Origin: the human T2T-CHM13v2.0 reference genome, Homo sapiens
Length of the DNA: 64,000 nucleotides
Strand: one strand, 5' to 3'
Assembly: GCF_009914755.1 (NCBI RefSeq)
Contig: NC_060947.1
Made by a program: the position numbers and the translations under genes
Notes under the pieces: generated by a model
The model's database searches: none
Told to the model about the DNA's origin: nothing
The model's input: the letters and a program-made list of their open reading frames with translations, nothing else
In this document: positions 37,601 to 52,600 of the stretch, piece by piece
How positions within the stretch are numbered: the first letter of the stretch is position 1
How the letters are laid out: each line of letters opens with the position of its first letter

Positions 37601-40600
37601 TTTTCTGAGAGTGCTACCGTCTGGTTTTTATATGAAGTTCTTTCCTTCACTACCACAGGCCTCAAAGCGGTCCAAATCTCCACTTGCAGATTCTACAAAA
37701 AGAGTGTTTGCAAACTGCTCTATCAAAAGGAATGTTCAACTCTGGGAGTTGAATGCAATCATCACAGAGCAGTTTCTGAGAATGCTTCTATGTCGTTTTT
37801 AGGAGAAGATATTTCCTTTTCCAACACAGTCCTCCAAGCCCGCTAAATAGCCACTTGCACATTGTAGAAAAAGTGTGTCGAAGCTGCGCTATCAAAGGGA
37901 AAGTTCAACTCTGTGAGGTGAATGCAAACATCCCAAAGAAGTTTCTGAGAATGCTTCCGTTTAGCTTTTAGGTGAAGATTATCCCGTTTCCAACGAAACC
38001 TTCAAAGAGGTCCAAATATCCCCTTGCGGATCCCACAGAAAGAGTGTTTCGAAACTGCTGTTTCAAAAGGAATCTTCAACTCTGTGAGTTGAATGCAATC
38101 ATCACAAAGAAGTTTCTGACAATGCTTCTCTCTCGTCTTTCTGTGAAGATAAAGGAAAAGGCTTTCAGGCCTTTGCCACCACAGGCCTGAAAGCGCTCCA
38201 AATGTCCACTTGCAGATTCTGCCAAAAGAATATTTCAAAACTGCTCTATGAAAAGCAATGTTAAACTCTGTGGCTCGAACACAAACATCACAAAGCGGTT
38301 TCTGAGAATGCTTCAGTTTAGTTTTTCTGTGGAAATATTCCCGTTTCCAAAGAAATCTTCAAAGAGGTCCACGTATCCACTTACAGATTCTACAAAAGGA
38401 CAGTTTCAAAACTGCTCCATCAAAAGGAGTGTTCAACCGTGTGACTTGAATGCAATCATCACTCAGAAGTATCTGAGAATGCTTCTCTTTAGTTTTTACG
38501 TGAACATATACCCGTTTCGAACGAAGGCCACCCAGTGGTCCAAATATCCACTTGCAGATTATACAGAAAGAGTGTTTCGAACCTGAACTCTCAAAGGCAG
38601 GTTCATCTCTGCGAGTTAAATGCATTCATCATGAAGAACTTTCTCAGAGTGTTTGTGTTTAGTTATGGGAAATTATTCCCGTTTCCAACGAAATCCTCAG
38701 AGAGCTCCAAATATCCACCTGCAGATTCTACCAAAAGTGTATTTGGAAACTGCTCCATCAAAAGGCATGTTCAGCTCTGTGAGTGAAACTCCATCATCAC
38801 AAAGAATATTCTGAGAATGCTTCCGTTTGCCTTTTATATGAAGTTCCTTCCTGTACTACCGTAGTCCTCAAAGCAGTCCAAATCTCCATTTGCAGATTCT
38901 ATAAAAAGAGTGATTCCAATCTGCTCTATCAATAGGATTGTTCAACTCCATGAGTTGAATGCCATCCTCACAAAGTAGTTTCTGAGAATGCTTCTATCTG
39001 GTTTTTGTGTGAAGATATTTCCTTTTCCACCACAGGCCTCAAAGCCCTCCAAACGTCCACTTGCAGATTCTCGAAAAAGAGTGTTTCATAGCTGCTCTTT
39101 CAAAAGGAAAGTTCAACTCTGGGAGTTGAATACAAACATCACAAAGTAGTTTCCGAGAATGCTTCTGTTTAGTTTTTATGTGAAGATGATCGATCCCGTT
39201 TCCAGTGAAATCTTCAAAGAGGTCCACATATCCCCTTGCAGATTCCAAAGAAAGAGGGTTTCAAAACTGCTCCATCAGAAGGATTGTTCAACTCTGTGAG
39301 TTGAATGCAGTCATCGCAGAAAACTTTCTGAGAATGCTTCTGTCTAGGTTTGATGTGAAGATATAGACGTTTCAAACGAAGGCTACAAAGTGGTCAAAAT
39401 ATACACTTGCAGATTCTACTACAAGGGTGTTGCAAACCTGAACTATCAAAGGAAGGTTCAACTCTGTGAGTTGAATACAAACATCACAAAGAATGTTCTG
39501 AGTTTGCTTCCGTTCAGTTATGGGAAGTTGATCCCGTTTCCAACGAAATCCTCAGAGAGGTCCAAATATCCCCTCGCAGATTCTACAAAACGTGTGTTTG
39601 GAAACTGCTCCATCATAACGAATGTTCAGCTCCCTGAGTTAAACTCCATCGTCACAAAGAATTTTCTGAGAGTGCTACCGTCTGGTTTTTATATGAAGTT
39701 CTTTCCTTCACTACCACAGGCCTCAAAGCGGTCCAAATCTCCACTTGCAGATTCTACAAAAAGAGTGTTTGCAAACTGCTCTATCAAAAGGAATGTTCAA
39801 CTCTGGGAGTTGAATGCAATCATCACAGAGCAGTTTCTGAGAATGCTTCTATGTCGTTTTTAGAAGATATTTCCTTTTCCAACACAGTCCTCCAAGCCCG
39901 CTAAATAGCCACTTGCACATTGTAGAAAAAGTGTGTCAAAGCTGCGCTATCAAAGGGAAAGTTCAACTCTGTGAGGTGAATGCAAACATCCCAAAGAAGT
40001 TTCTGAGAATGCTTCCGTTTAGCTTTTAGGTGAAGATTATCCCGTTTCCAACGAAACCTTCAAAGAGGTCCAAATATCCCCTTGCGGATCCCACAGAAAG
40101 AGTGTTTCGAAACTGCTGTTTCAAAAGGAATCTTCAACTCTGTGAGTTGAATGCAATCATCACAAAGAAGTTTCTGACAATGCTTCTCTCTCGTCTTTCT
40201 GTGAAGATAAAGGAAAAGGCTTTCAGGCCTTTGCCACCACAGGCCTGAAAGCGCTCCAAATGTCCACTTGCAGATTCTGCCAAAAGAATATTTCAAAACT
40301 GCTCTATGAAAAGCAATGTTAAACTCTGTGGCTCGAACACAAACATCACAAAGCGGTTTCTGAGAATGCTTCAGTTTAGTTTTTCTGTGGAAATATTCCC
40401 GTTTCCAAAGAAATCTTCAAAGAGGTCCACGTATCCACTTACAGATTCTACAAAAGGACAGTTTCAAAACTGCTCCATCAAAAGGAGGGTTCAACTGTGT
40501 GACTTGAATGCAATCATCACTCAGAAGTTTCTGAGAATGCTTCTCTTTAGTTTTTACGTGAACATATACCCGTTTCGAATGAAGGCCAGCCAGTGGTCCA

Positions 40601-43600
40601 AATATCCACTTGCAGATTCTACAGAAAGAGTGTTTCGAACCTGAACTCTCAAAGGCAGGTTCATCTCTGCGAGTTAAATGCATTCATCATGAAGAACTTT
40701 CTCAGCGTGTTTGTGTTTAGTTATGGGAAATTATTCCCGTTTCCAACGAAATCCTCAGAGAGCTCCAAATATCCACCTGCAGATTCTACCAAAAGTGTAT
40801 TTGGAAACTGCTCCATCAAAAGGCATGTTCAGCTCTGTGAGTGAAACTCCATCATCACAAAGAATATTCTGAGAATGCTTCCGTTTGCCTTTTATATGAA
40901 GTTCCTTCCTATACGACCGTAGGCCTCAAAGCAGTCCAAATCTCCATTTGCAGATTCTACAAAAAGAGTGATTCCAATCTGCTCTATCAATAGGATTGTT
41001 CAACTCCATGAGTTGAATGCCATCCTCACAAAGTCGTTTCTGAGAATGCTTCTATCTAGTTTTTATGTGAAGATATTTCCTTTTCCACCACAGGCCTCAA
41101 AGCCCTCCAAACGTCCACTTGCAGATTCTCGAAAAAGAGTGTTTCATAGCTGCTCTTTCAAAAGGAAAGTTCAACTCTGGGAGTTGAATACAAACATCAC
41201 AAAGTAGTTTCCGAGAATGCTTCTGTTTAGTTTTTATGTGAAGATGATCCCGTTTCCAGTGAAATCTTCAAAGAGGTCCACATATCCCCTTGCAGATTCC
41301 AAAGAAAGAGGGTTTCAAAACTGCTCCATCAGAAGGATTGTTCAACTGTGTGAGTTGAATGCAGTCATCGCAGAAAACTTTCTGAGAATGCTTCTGTCTA
41401 GGTTTGATGTGAAGATATAGACGTTTCAAACGAAGGCTACAAAGTGGTCAAAATATACACTTGCAGATTCTACTACAAGGGTGTTGCAAACCTGAACTAT
41501 CAAAGGAAGGTTCAACTCTGTGAGTTGAATACAAACATCACAAAGAATGTTCTGAGTTTGCTTCCGTTCAGTTATGGGAAGTTGATCCCGTTTCCAACGA
41601 AATCCTCAGAGAGGTCCAAATATCCCCTCGCAGATTCTACAAAACGTGTGTTTGGAAACTGCTCCATCATAACGAATGTTCAGCTCCCTGAGTTAAACTC
41701 CATCGTCACAAAGAATTTTCTGAGAGTGCTACCGTCTGGTTTTTATATGAAGTTCTTTCCTTCACTACCACAGGCCTCAAAGCGGTCCAAATCTCCACTT
41801 GCAGATTCTACAAAAAGAGTGTTTGCAAACTGCTCTATCAAAAGGAATGTTCAACTCTGGGAGTTGAATGCAATCATCACAGAGCAGTTTCTGAGAATGC
41901 TTCTATGTCGTTTTTAGAAGATATTTCCTTTTCCAACACAGTCCTCCAAGCCCGCTAAATAGCCACTTGCACATTGTAGAAAAAGTGTGTCAAAGCTGCG
42001 CTATCAAAGGGAAAGTTCAACTCTGTGAGGTGAATGCAAACATCCCAAAGAAGTTTCTGAGAATGCTTCCGTTTAGCTTTTAGGTGAAGATTATCCCGTT
42101 TCCAACGAAACCTTCAAAGAGGTCCAAATATCCCCTTGCGGATCCCACAGAAAGAGTGTTTCGAAACTGCTGTTTCAAAAGGAATCTTCAACTCTGTGAG
42201 TTGAATGCAATCATCACAAAGAAGTTTCTGACAATGCTTCTCTCTCGTCTTTCTGTGAAGATAAAGGAAAAGGCTTTCAGGCCTTTGCCACCACAGGCCT
42301 GAAAGCGCTCCAAATGTCCACTTGCAGATTCTGCCAAAAGAATATTTCAAAACTGCTCTATGAAAAGCAATGTTAAACTCTGTGGCTCGAACACAAACAT
42401 CACAAAGCGGTTTCTGAGAATGCTTCAGTTTAGTTTTTCTGTGGAAATATTCCCGTTTCCAAAGAAATCTTCAAAGAGGTCCACGTATCCACTTACAGAT
42501 TCTACAAAAAGACAGTTTCAAAACTGCTCCATCAAAAGGAGTGTTCAACCGTGTGACTTGAATGCAATCATCACTCAGAAGTATCTGAGAATGCTTCTCT
42601 TTAGTTTTTACGTGAACATATACCCGTTTCGAACGAAGGCCACCCAGTGGTCCAAATATCCACTTGCAGATTATACAGAAAGAGTGTTTCGAACCTGAAC
42701 TCTCAAAGGCAGGTTCATCTCTGCGAGTTAAATGCATTCATCATGAAGAACTTTCTCAGAGTGTTTGTGTTTAGTTATGGGAAATTATTCCCGTTTCCAA
42801 AGAAATCCTCAGAGAGCTCCAAATATCCACCTGCAGATTCTACCAAAAGTGTATTTGGAAACTGCTCCATCAAAAGGCATGTTCAGCTCTGTGAGTGAAA
42901 CTCCATCATCACAAAGAATATTCTGAGAATGCTTCCGTTTGCCTTTTATATGAAGTTCCTTCCTGTACTACCGTAGGCCTCAAAGCAGTCCAAATCTCCA
43001 TTTGCAGATTCTATAAAAAGAGTGATTCCAATCTGCTCTATCAATAGGATTGTTCAACTCCATGAGGTGAATGCCATCCTCACAAAGTAGTTTCTGAGAA
43101 TGCTTCTATCTGGTTTTTGTGTGAAGATATTTCCTTTTCCACCACAGGCCTCAAAGCCCTCCAAACGTCCACTTGCAGATTCTCGAAAAAGAGTGTTTCA
43201 TAGCTGCTCTTTCAAAAGGAAAGTTCAACTCTGGGAGTTGAATACAAACATCACAAAGTAGTTTCCGAGAATGCTTCTGTTTAGTTTTTATGTGAAGATG
43301 ATCGATCCCGTTTCCAGTGAAATCTTCAAAGAGGTCCACATATCCCCTTGCAGATTCCAAAGAAAGAGGGTTTCAAAACTGCTCCATCAGAAGGATTGTT
43401 CAACTCTGTGAGTTGAATGCAGTCATCGCAGAAAACTTTCTGAGAATGCTTCTGTCTAGGTTTGATGTGAAGATATAGACGTTTCAAACGAAGGCTACAA
43501 AGTGGTCAAAATATACACTTGCAGATTCTACTACAAGGGTGTTGCAAACCTGAACTATCAAAGGAAGGTTCAACTCTGTGAGTTGAATACAAACATCACA

Positions 43601-46600
43601 AAGAATGTTCTGAGTTTGCTTCCGTTCAGTTATGGGAAGTTGATCCCGTTTCCAACGAAATCCTCAGAGAGGTCCAAATATCCCCTCGCAGATTCTACAA
43701 TACGTGTGTTTGGAAACTGCTCCATCATAACGAATGTTCAGCTCCCTGAGTTAAACTCCATCGTCACAAAGAATTTTCTGAGAGTGCTACCGTCTGGTTT
43801 TTATATGAAGTTCTTTCCTTCACTACCACAGGCCTCAAAGCGGTCCAAATCTCCACTTGCAGATTCTACAAAAAGAGTGTTTGCAAACTGCTCTATCAAA
43901 AGGAATGTTCAACTCTGGGAGTTGAATGCAATCATCACAGAGCAGTTTCTGAGAATGCTTCTATGTCGTTTTTAGAAGATATTTCCTTTTCCAACACAGT
44001 CCTCCAAGCCTGCTAAATAGCCACTTGCACATTGTAGAAAAAGTGTGTCAAAGCTGCGCTATCAAAGGGAAAGTTCAACTCTGTGAGGTGAATGCAAACA
44101 TCCCAAAGAAGTTTCTGAGAATGCTTCCATTTAGCTTTTAGGTGAAGATTATCCCGTTTCCAACGAAACCTTCAAAGAGGTCCAAATATCCCCTTGCGGA
44201 TCCCACAGAAAGAGTGTTTCGAAACTGCTGTTTCAAAAGGAATCTTCAACTCTGTGAGTTGAATGCAATCATCACAAAGAAGTTTCTGACAATGCTTCTC
44301 TCTCGTCTTTCTGTGAAGATAAAGGAAAAGGCTTTCAGGCCTTTTCCACCACAGGCCTGAAAGCGCTCCAAATGTCCACTTGCAGATTCTGCCAAAAGAA
44401 TATTTCAAAACTGCTCTATGAAAAGCAATGTTAAACTCTGCGGCTCGAACACAAACATCACAAAGCGGTTTCTGAGAATGCTTCAGTTTAGTTTTTCTGT
44501 GGAAATATTCCCGTTTCCAAAGAAATCTTCAAAGAGGTCCACGTATCCACTTACAGATTCTACAAAAAGACAGTTTCAAAACTGCTCCATCAAAAGGAGG
44601 GTTCAACCGTGTGACTTGAATGCAATCATCACTCAGAAGTTTCTGAGAATGCTTCTCTTTAGTTTTTACGTGAACATATACCCGTTTCGAACGAAGGCCA
44701 CCCAGTGGTCCAAATATCCACTTGCAGATTATACAGAAAGAGTGTTTCGAACCTGAACTCTCAAAGGCAGGTTCATCTCTGCGAGTTAAATGCATTCATC
44801 ATGAAGAACTTTCTCAGAGTGTTTGTGTTTAGTTATGGGAAATTATTCCCGTTTCCAACGAAATCCTCAGAGAGCTCCAAATATCCACCTGCAGATTCTA
44901 CCAAAAGTGTATTTGGAAACTGCTCCATCAAAAGGCATGTTCAGCTCTGTGAGTGAAACTCCATCATCACAAAGAATATTCTGAGAATGCTTCCGTTTGC
45001 CTTTTATATGAAGTTCCTTCCTGTACTACCGTAGGCCTCAAAGCAGTCCAAATCTCCATTTGCAGATTCTATAAAAAGAGTGATTCCAATCTGCTCTATC
45101 AATAGGATTGTTCAACTCCATGAGTTGAATGCCATCCTCACAAAGTAGTTTCTGAGAATGCTTCTATCTGGTTTTTGTGTGAAGATATTTCCTTTTCCAC
45201 CACAGGCCTCAAAGCCCTCCAAACGTCCACTTGCAGATTCTCGAAAAAGAGTGTTTCATAGCTGCTCTTTCAAAAGGAAAGTTCAACTCTGGGAGTTGAA
45301 TACAAACATCACAAAGTAGTTTCCGAGAATGCTTCTGTTTAGTTTTTATGTGAAGATGATCGATCCCGTTTCCAGTGAAATCTTCAAAGAGGTCCACATA
45401 TCCCCTTGCAGATTCCAAAGAAAGAGGGTTTCAAAACTGCTCCATCAGAAGGATTGTTCAACTCTGTGAGTTGAATGCAGTCATCGCAGAAAACTTTCTG
45501 AGAATGCTTCTGTCTAGGTTTGATGTGAAGATATAGACGTTTCAAACGAAGGCTACAAAGTGGTCAAAATATACACTTGCAGATTCTACTACAAGGGTGT
45601 TGCAAACCTGAACTATCAAAGGAAGGTTCAACTCTGTGAGTTGAATACAAACATCACAAAGAATGTTCTGAGTTTGCTTCCGTTCAGTTATGGGAAGTTG
45701 ATCCCGTTTCCAACGAAATCCTCAGAGAGGTCCAAATATCCCCTCGCAGATTCTACAAAACGTGTGTTTGGAAACTGCTCCATCATAACGAATGTTCAGC
45801 TCCCTGAGTTAAACTCCATCGTCACAAAGAATTTTCTGAGAGTGCTACCGTCTGGTTTTTATATGAAGTTCTTTCCTTCACTACCACAGGCCTCAAAGCG
45901 GTCCAAATCTCCACTTGCAGATTCTACAAAAAGAGTGTTTGCAAACTGCTCTATCAAAAGGAATGTTCAACTCTGGGAGTTGAATGCAATCATCACAGAG
46001 CAGTTTCTGAGAATGCTTCTATGTCGTTTTTAGAAGATATTTCCTTTTCCAACACAGTCCTCCAAGCCCGCTAAATAGCCACTTGCACATTGTAGAAAAA
46101 GTGTGTCAAAGCTGCGCTATCAAAGGGAAAGTTCAACTCTGTGAGGTGAATGCAAACATCCCAAAGAAGTTTCTGAGAATGCTTCCGTTTAGCTTTTAGG
46201 TGAAGATTATCCCGTTTCCAACGAAACCTTCAAAGAGGTCCAAATATCCCCTTGCGGATCCCACAGAAAGAGTGTTTCGAAACTGCTGTTTCAAAAGGAA
46301 TCTTCAACTCTGTGAGTTGAATGCAATCATCACAAAGAAGTTTCTGACAATGCTTCTCTCTCGTCTTTCTGTGAAGATAAAGGAAAAGGCTTTCAGGCCT
46401 TTGCCACCACAGGCCTGAAAGCGCTCCAAATGTCCACTTGCAGATTCTGCGAAAAGAATATTTCAAAACTGCTCTATGAAAAGCAATGTTAAACTCTGTG
46501 GCTCGAACACAAACATCACAAAGCGGTTTCTGAGAATGCTTCAGTTTAGTTTTTCTGTGGAAATATTCCCGTTTCCAAAGAAATCTTCAAAGAGGTCCAC

Positions 46601-49600
46601 GTATCCACTTACAGATTCTACAAAAAGACAGTTTCAAAACTGCTCCATCAAAAGGAGTGTTCAACCGTGTGACTTGAATGCAATCATCACTCAGAAGTAT
46701 CTGAGAATGCTTCTCTTTAGTTTTTACGTGAACATATACCCGTTTCGAACGAAGGCCACCCAGTGGTCCAAATATCCACTTGCAGATTATACAGAAAGAG
46801 TGTTTCGAACCTGAACTCTCAAAGGCAGGTTCATCTCTGCGAGTTAAATGCATTCATCATGAAGAACTTTCTCAGAGTGTTTGTGTTTAGTTATGGGAAA
46901 TTATTCCCGTTTCCAACGAAATCCTCAGAGAGCTCCAAATATCCACCTGCAGATTCTACCAAAAGTGTATTTGGAAACTGCTCCATCAAAAGGCATGTTC
47001 AGCTCTGTGAGTGAAACTCCATCATCACAATGAATATTCTGAGAATGCTTCCGTTTGCCTTTTATATGAAGTTCCTTCCTATACGACCGTAGGCCTCAAA
47101 GCAGTCCAAATCTCCATTTGCAGATTCTATAAAAAGAGTGATTCCAATCTGCTCTATCAATAGGATTGTTCAACTCCATGAGTTGAATGCCATCCTCACA
47201 AAGTAGTTTCTGAGAATGCTTCTATCTGGTTTTTGTGTGAAGATATTTCCTTTTCCACCACAGGCCTCAAAGCCCTCCAAACGTCCACTTGCAGATTCTC
47301 GAAAAAGAGTGTTTCATAGCTGCTCTTTCAAAAGGAAAGTTCAACTCTGGGAGTTGAATACAAACATCACAAAGTAGTTTCCGAGAATGCTTCTGTTTAG
47401 TTTTTATGTGAAGATGATCCCGTTTCCAGTGAAATCTTCAAAGAGGTCCACATATCCCCTTGCAGATTCCAAAGAAAGAGGGTTTCAAAACTGCTCCATC
47501 AGAAGGATTGTTCAACTCTGTGAGTTGAATGCAGTCATCACAGAAAACTTTCTGAGAATGCTTCTGTCTAGGTTTGATGTGAAGATATAGACGTTTCAAA
47601 CGAAGGCTACAAAGTGGTCAAAATATACACTTGCAGATTCTACTACAAGGGTGTTGCAAACCTGAACTATCAAAGGAAGGTTCAACTCTGTGAATTGAAT
47701 ACAAACATCACAAAGAATGTTCTGAGTTTGCTTCCGTTCAGTTATGGGAAGTTGATCCCGTTTCCAACGAAATCCTCAGAGAGGTCCAAATATCCCCTCG
47801 CAGATTCTACAAAACGTGTGTTTGGAAACTGCTCCATCATAACGAATGTTCAGCTCCCTGAGTTAAACTCCATCGTCACAAAGAATTTTCTGAGAGTGCT
47901 ACCGTCTGGTTTTTATATGAAGTTCTTTCCTTCACTACCACAGGCCTCAAAGCGGTCCAAATCTCCACTTGCAGATTCTACAAAAAGAGTGTTTGCAAAC
48001 TGCTCTATCAAAAGGAATGTTCAACTCTGGGAGTTGAATGCAATCATCACAGAGCAGTTTCTGAGAATGCTTCTATGTCGTTTTTAGAAGATATTTCCTT
48101 TTCCAACACAGTCCTCCAAGCCCGCTAAATAGCCACTTGCACATTGTAGAAAAAGTGTGTCAAAGCTGCGCTATCAAAGGGAAAGTTCAACTCTGTGAGG
48201 TGAATGCAAACATCCCAAAGAAGTTTCTGAGAATGCTTCCGTTTAGCTTTTAGGTGAAGATTATCCCGTTTCCAACGAAACCTTCAAAGAGGTCCAAATA
48301 TCCCCTTGCGGATCCCACAGAAAGAGTGTTTCGAAACTGCTGTTTCAAAAGGAATCTTCAACTCTGTGAGTTGAATGCAATCATCACAAAGAAGTTTCTG
48401 ACAATGCTTCTCTCTCGTCTTTCTGTGAAGATAAAGGAAAAGGCTTTCAGGCCTTTTCCACCACAGGCCTGAAAGCGCTCCAAATGTCCACTTGCAGATT
48501 CTGCCAAAAGAATATTTCAAAACTGCTCTATGAAAAGCAATGTTAAACTCTGCGGCTCGAACACAAACATCACAAAGCGGTTTCTGAGAATGCTTCAGTT
48601 TAGTTTTTCTGTGGAAATATTCCCGTTTCCAAAGAAATCTTCAAAGAGGTCCACGTATCCACTTACAGATTCTACAAAAAGACAGTTTCAAAACTGCTCC
48701 ATCAAAAGGAGGGTTCAACCGTGTGACTTGAATGCAATCATCACTCAGAAGTTTCTGAGAATGCTTCTCTTTAGTTTTTACGTGAACATATACCCGTTTC
48801 GAACGAAGGCCACCCAGTGGTCCAAATATCCACTTGCAGATTATACAGAAAGAGTGTTTCGAACCTGAACTCTCAAAGGCAGGTTCATCTCTGCGAGTTA
48901 AATGCATTCATCATGAAGAACTTTCTCAGAGTGTTTGTGTTTAGTTATGGGAAATTATTCCCGTTTCCAACGAAATCCTCAGAGAGCTCCAAATATCCAC
49001 CTGCAGATTCTACCAAAAGTGTATTTGGAAACTGCTCCATCAAAAGGCATGTTCAGCTCTGTGAGTGAAACTCCATCATCACAAAGAATATTCTGAGAAT
49101 GCTTCCGTTTGCCTTTTATATGAAGTTCCTTCCTGTACTACCGTAGGCCTCAAAGCAGTCCAAATCTCCATTTGCAGATTCTATAAAAAGAGTGATTCCA
49201 ATCTGCTCTATCAATAGGATTGTTCAACTCCATGAGTTGAATGCCATCCTCACAAAGTAGTTTCTGAGAATGCTTCTATCTGGTTTTTGTGTGAAGATAT
49301 TTCCTTTTCCACCACAGGCCTCAAAGCCCTCCAAACGTCCACTTGCAGATTCTCGAAAAAGAGTGTTTCATAGCTGCTCTTTCAAAAGGAAAGTTCAACT
49401 CTGGGAGTTGAATACAAACATCACAAAGTAGTTTCCGAGAATGCTTCTGTTTAGTTTTTATGTGAAGATGATCCCGTTTCCAGTGAAATCTTCAAAGAGG
49501 TCCACATATCCCCTTGCAGATTCCAAAGAAAGAGGGTTTCAAAACTGCTCCATCAGAAGGATTGTTCAACTCTGTGAGTTGAATGCAGTCATCGCAGAAA

Positions 49601-52600
49601 ACTTTCTGAGAATGCTTCTGTCTAGGTTTGATGTGAAGATATAGACGTTTCAAACGAAGGCTACAAAGTGGTCAAAATATACACTTGCAGATTCTACTAC
49701 AAGGGTGTTGCAAACCTGAACTATCAAAGGAAGGTTCAACTCTGTGAGTTGAATACAAACATCACAAAGAATGTTCTGAGTTTGCTTCCGTTCAGTTATG
49801 GGAAGTTGATCCCGTTTCCAAAGAAATCCTCAGAGAGGTCCAAATATCCCCTCGCAGATTCTACAAAACGTGTGTTTGGAAACTGCTCCATCATAACGAA
49901 TGTTCAGCTCCCTGAGTTAAACTCCATCGTCACAAAGAATTTTCTGAGAGTGCTACCGTCTGGTTCTTATATGAAGTTCTTTCCTTCACTACCACAGGCC
50001 TCAAAGCGGTCCAAATCTCCACTTGCAGATTCTACAAAAAGAGTGTTTGCAAACTGCTCTATCAAAAGGAATGTTCAACTCTGGGAGTTGAATGCAATCA
50101 TCACAGAGCAGTTTCTGAGAATGCTTCTATGTCGTTTTTAGGAGAAGATATTTCCTTTTCCAACACAGTCCTCCAAGCCCGCTAAATAGCCACTTGCACA
50201 TTGTAGAAAAAGTGTGTCAAAGCTGCGCTATCAAAGGGAAAGTTCAACTCTGTGAGGTGAATGCAAACATCCCAAAGAAGTTTCTGAGAATGCTTCCGTT
50301 TAGCTTTTAGGTGAAGATTATCCCGTTTCCAACGAAACCTTCAAAGAGGTCCAAATATCCCCTTGCGGATCCCACAGAAAGAGTGTTTCGAAACTGCTGT
50401 TTCAAAAGGAATCTTCAACTCTGTGAGTTGAATGCAATCATCACAAAGAAGTTTCTGACAATGCTTCTCTCTCGTCTTTCTGTGAAGATAAAGGAAAAGG
50501 CTTTCAGGCCTTTGCCACCACAGGCCTGAAAGCGCTCCAAATGTCCACTTGCAGATTCTGCGAAAAGAATATTTCAAAACTGCTCTATGAAAAGCAATGT
50601 TAAACTCTGCGGCTCGAACACAAACATCACAAAGCGGTTTCTGAGAATGCTTCAGTTTAGTTTTTCTGTGGAAATATTCCCGTTTCCAAAGAAATCTTCA
50701 AAGAGGTCCACGTATCCACTTACAGATTCTACAAAAAGACAGTTTCAAAACTGCTCCATCAAAAGGAGGGTTCAACTGTGTGACTTGAATGCAATCATCA
50801 CTCAGAAGTTTCTGAGAATGCTTCTCTTTAGTTTTTACGTGAACATATACCCGTTTCGAACGAAGGCCACCCAGTGGTCCAAATATCCACTTGCAGATTA
50901 TACAGAAAGAGTGTTTCGAACCTGAACTCTCAAAGGCAGGTTCATCTCTGCGAGTTAAATGCATTCATCATGAAGAACTTTCTCAGAGTGTTTGTGTTTA
51001 GTTATGGGAAATTATTCCCGTTTCCAACGAAATCCTCAGAGAGCTCCAAATATCCACCTGCAGATTCTACCAAAAGTGTATTTGGAAACTGCTCCATCAA
51101 AAGGCATGTTCAGCTCTGTGAGTGAAACTCCATCATCACAAAGAATATTCTGAGAATGCTTCCGTTTGCCTTTTATATGAAGTTCCTTCCTGTACTACCG
51201 TAGGCCTCAAAGCAGTCCAAATCTCCATTTGCAGATTCTATAAAAAGAGTGATTCCAATCTGCTCTATCAATAGGATTGTTCAACTCCATGAGTTGAATG
51301 CCATCCTCACAAAGTAGTTTCTGAGAATGCTTCTATCTGGTTTTGGTGTGAAGATATTTCCTTTTCCACCACAGGCCTCAAAGCCCTCCAAACGTCCACT
51401 TGCAGATTCTCGAAAAAGAGTGTTTCATAGCTGCTCTTTCAAAAGGAAAGTTCAACTCTGGGAGTTGAATACAAACATCACAAAATAGTTTCCGAGAATG
51501 CTTCTGTTTAGTTTTTATGTGAAGATGATCCCGTTTCCAGTGAAATCTTGAAAGAGGTCCACATATCCCCTTGCAGATTCCAAAGAAAGAGGGTTTCAAA
51601 ACTGCTCCATCAGAAGGATTGTTCAACTCTGTGAGTTGAATGCAGTCATCGCAGAAAACTTTCTGAGAATGCTTCTGTCTAGGTTTGATGTGAAGATATA
51701 GACGTTTCAAACGAAGGCTACAAAGTGGTCAAAATATACACTTGCAGATTCTACTACAAGGGTGTTGCAAACCTGAACTATCAAAGGAAGGTTCAACTCT
51801 GTGAGTTGAATACAAACATCACAAAGAATGTTCTGAGTTTGCTTCCGTTCAGTTATGGGAAGTTGATCCCGTTTCCAACGAAATCCTCAGAGAGGTCCAA
51901 ATATCCCCTTGCAGATTCTACAAAACGTGTGTTTGGAAACTGCTCCATCATAACGAATGTTCAGCTCCCTGAGTTAAACTCCATCGTCACAAAGAATTTT
52001 CTGAGAGTGCTACCGTCTGGTTTTTATATGAAGTTCTTTCCTTCACTACCACAGGCCTCAAAGCGGTCCAAATCTCCACTTGCAGATTCTACAAAAAGAG
52101 TGTTTGCAAACTGCTCTATCAAAAGGAATGTTCAACTCTGGGAGTTGAATGCAATCATCACAGAGCAGTTTCTGAGAATGCTTCTATGTCGTTTTTAGGA
52201 GAAGATATTTCCTTTTCCAACACAGTCCTCCAAGCCCGCTAAATAGCCACTTGCACATTGTAGAAAAAGTGTGTCAAAGCTGCGCTATCAAAGGGAAAGT
52301 TCAACTCTGTGAGGTGAATGCAAACATCCCAAAGAAGTTTCTGAGAATGCTTCCGTTTAGCTTTTAGGTGAAGATTATCCCGTTTCCAACGAAACCTTCA
52401 AAGAGGTCCAAATATCCCCTTGCGGATCCCACAGAAAGAGTGTTTCGAAACTGCTGTTTCAAAAGGAATCTTCAACTCTGTGAGTTGAATGCAATCATCA
52501 CAAAGAAGTTTCTGACAATGCTTCTCTCTCGTCTTTCTGTGAAGATAAAGGAAAAGGCTTTCAGGCCTTTGCCACCACAGGCCTGAAAGCGCTCCAAATG

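Noticed and set aside
51378-51710. Unique 110-aa minus-strand ORF
   Set aside because: It is created by one substitution at 51550 (tcttcaaag to tcttgaaag) that removes a minus-strand stop codon. Incidental.
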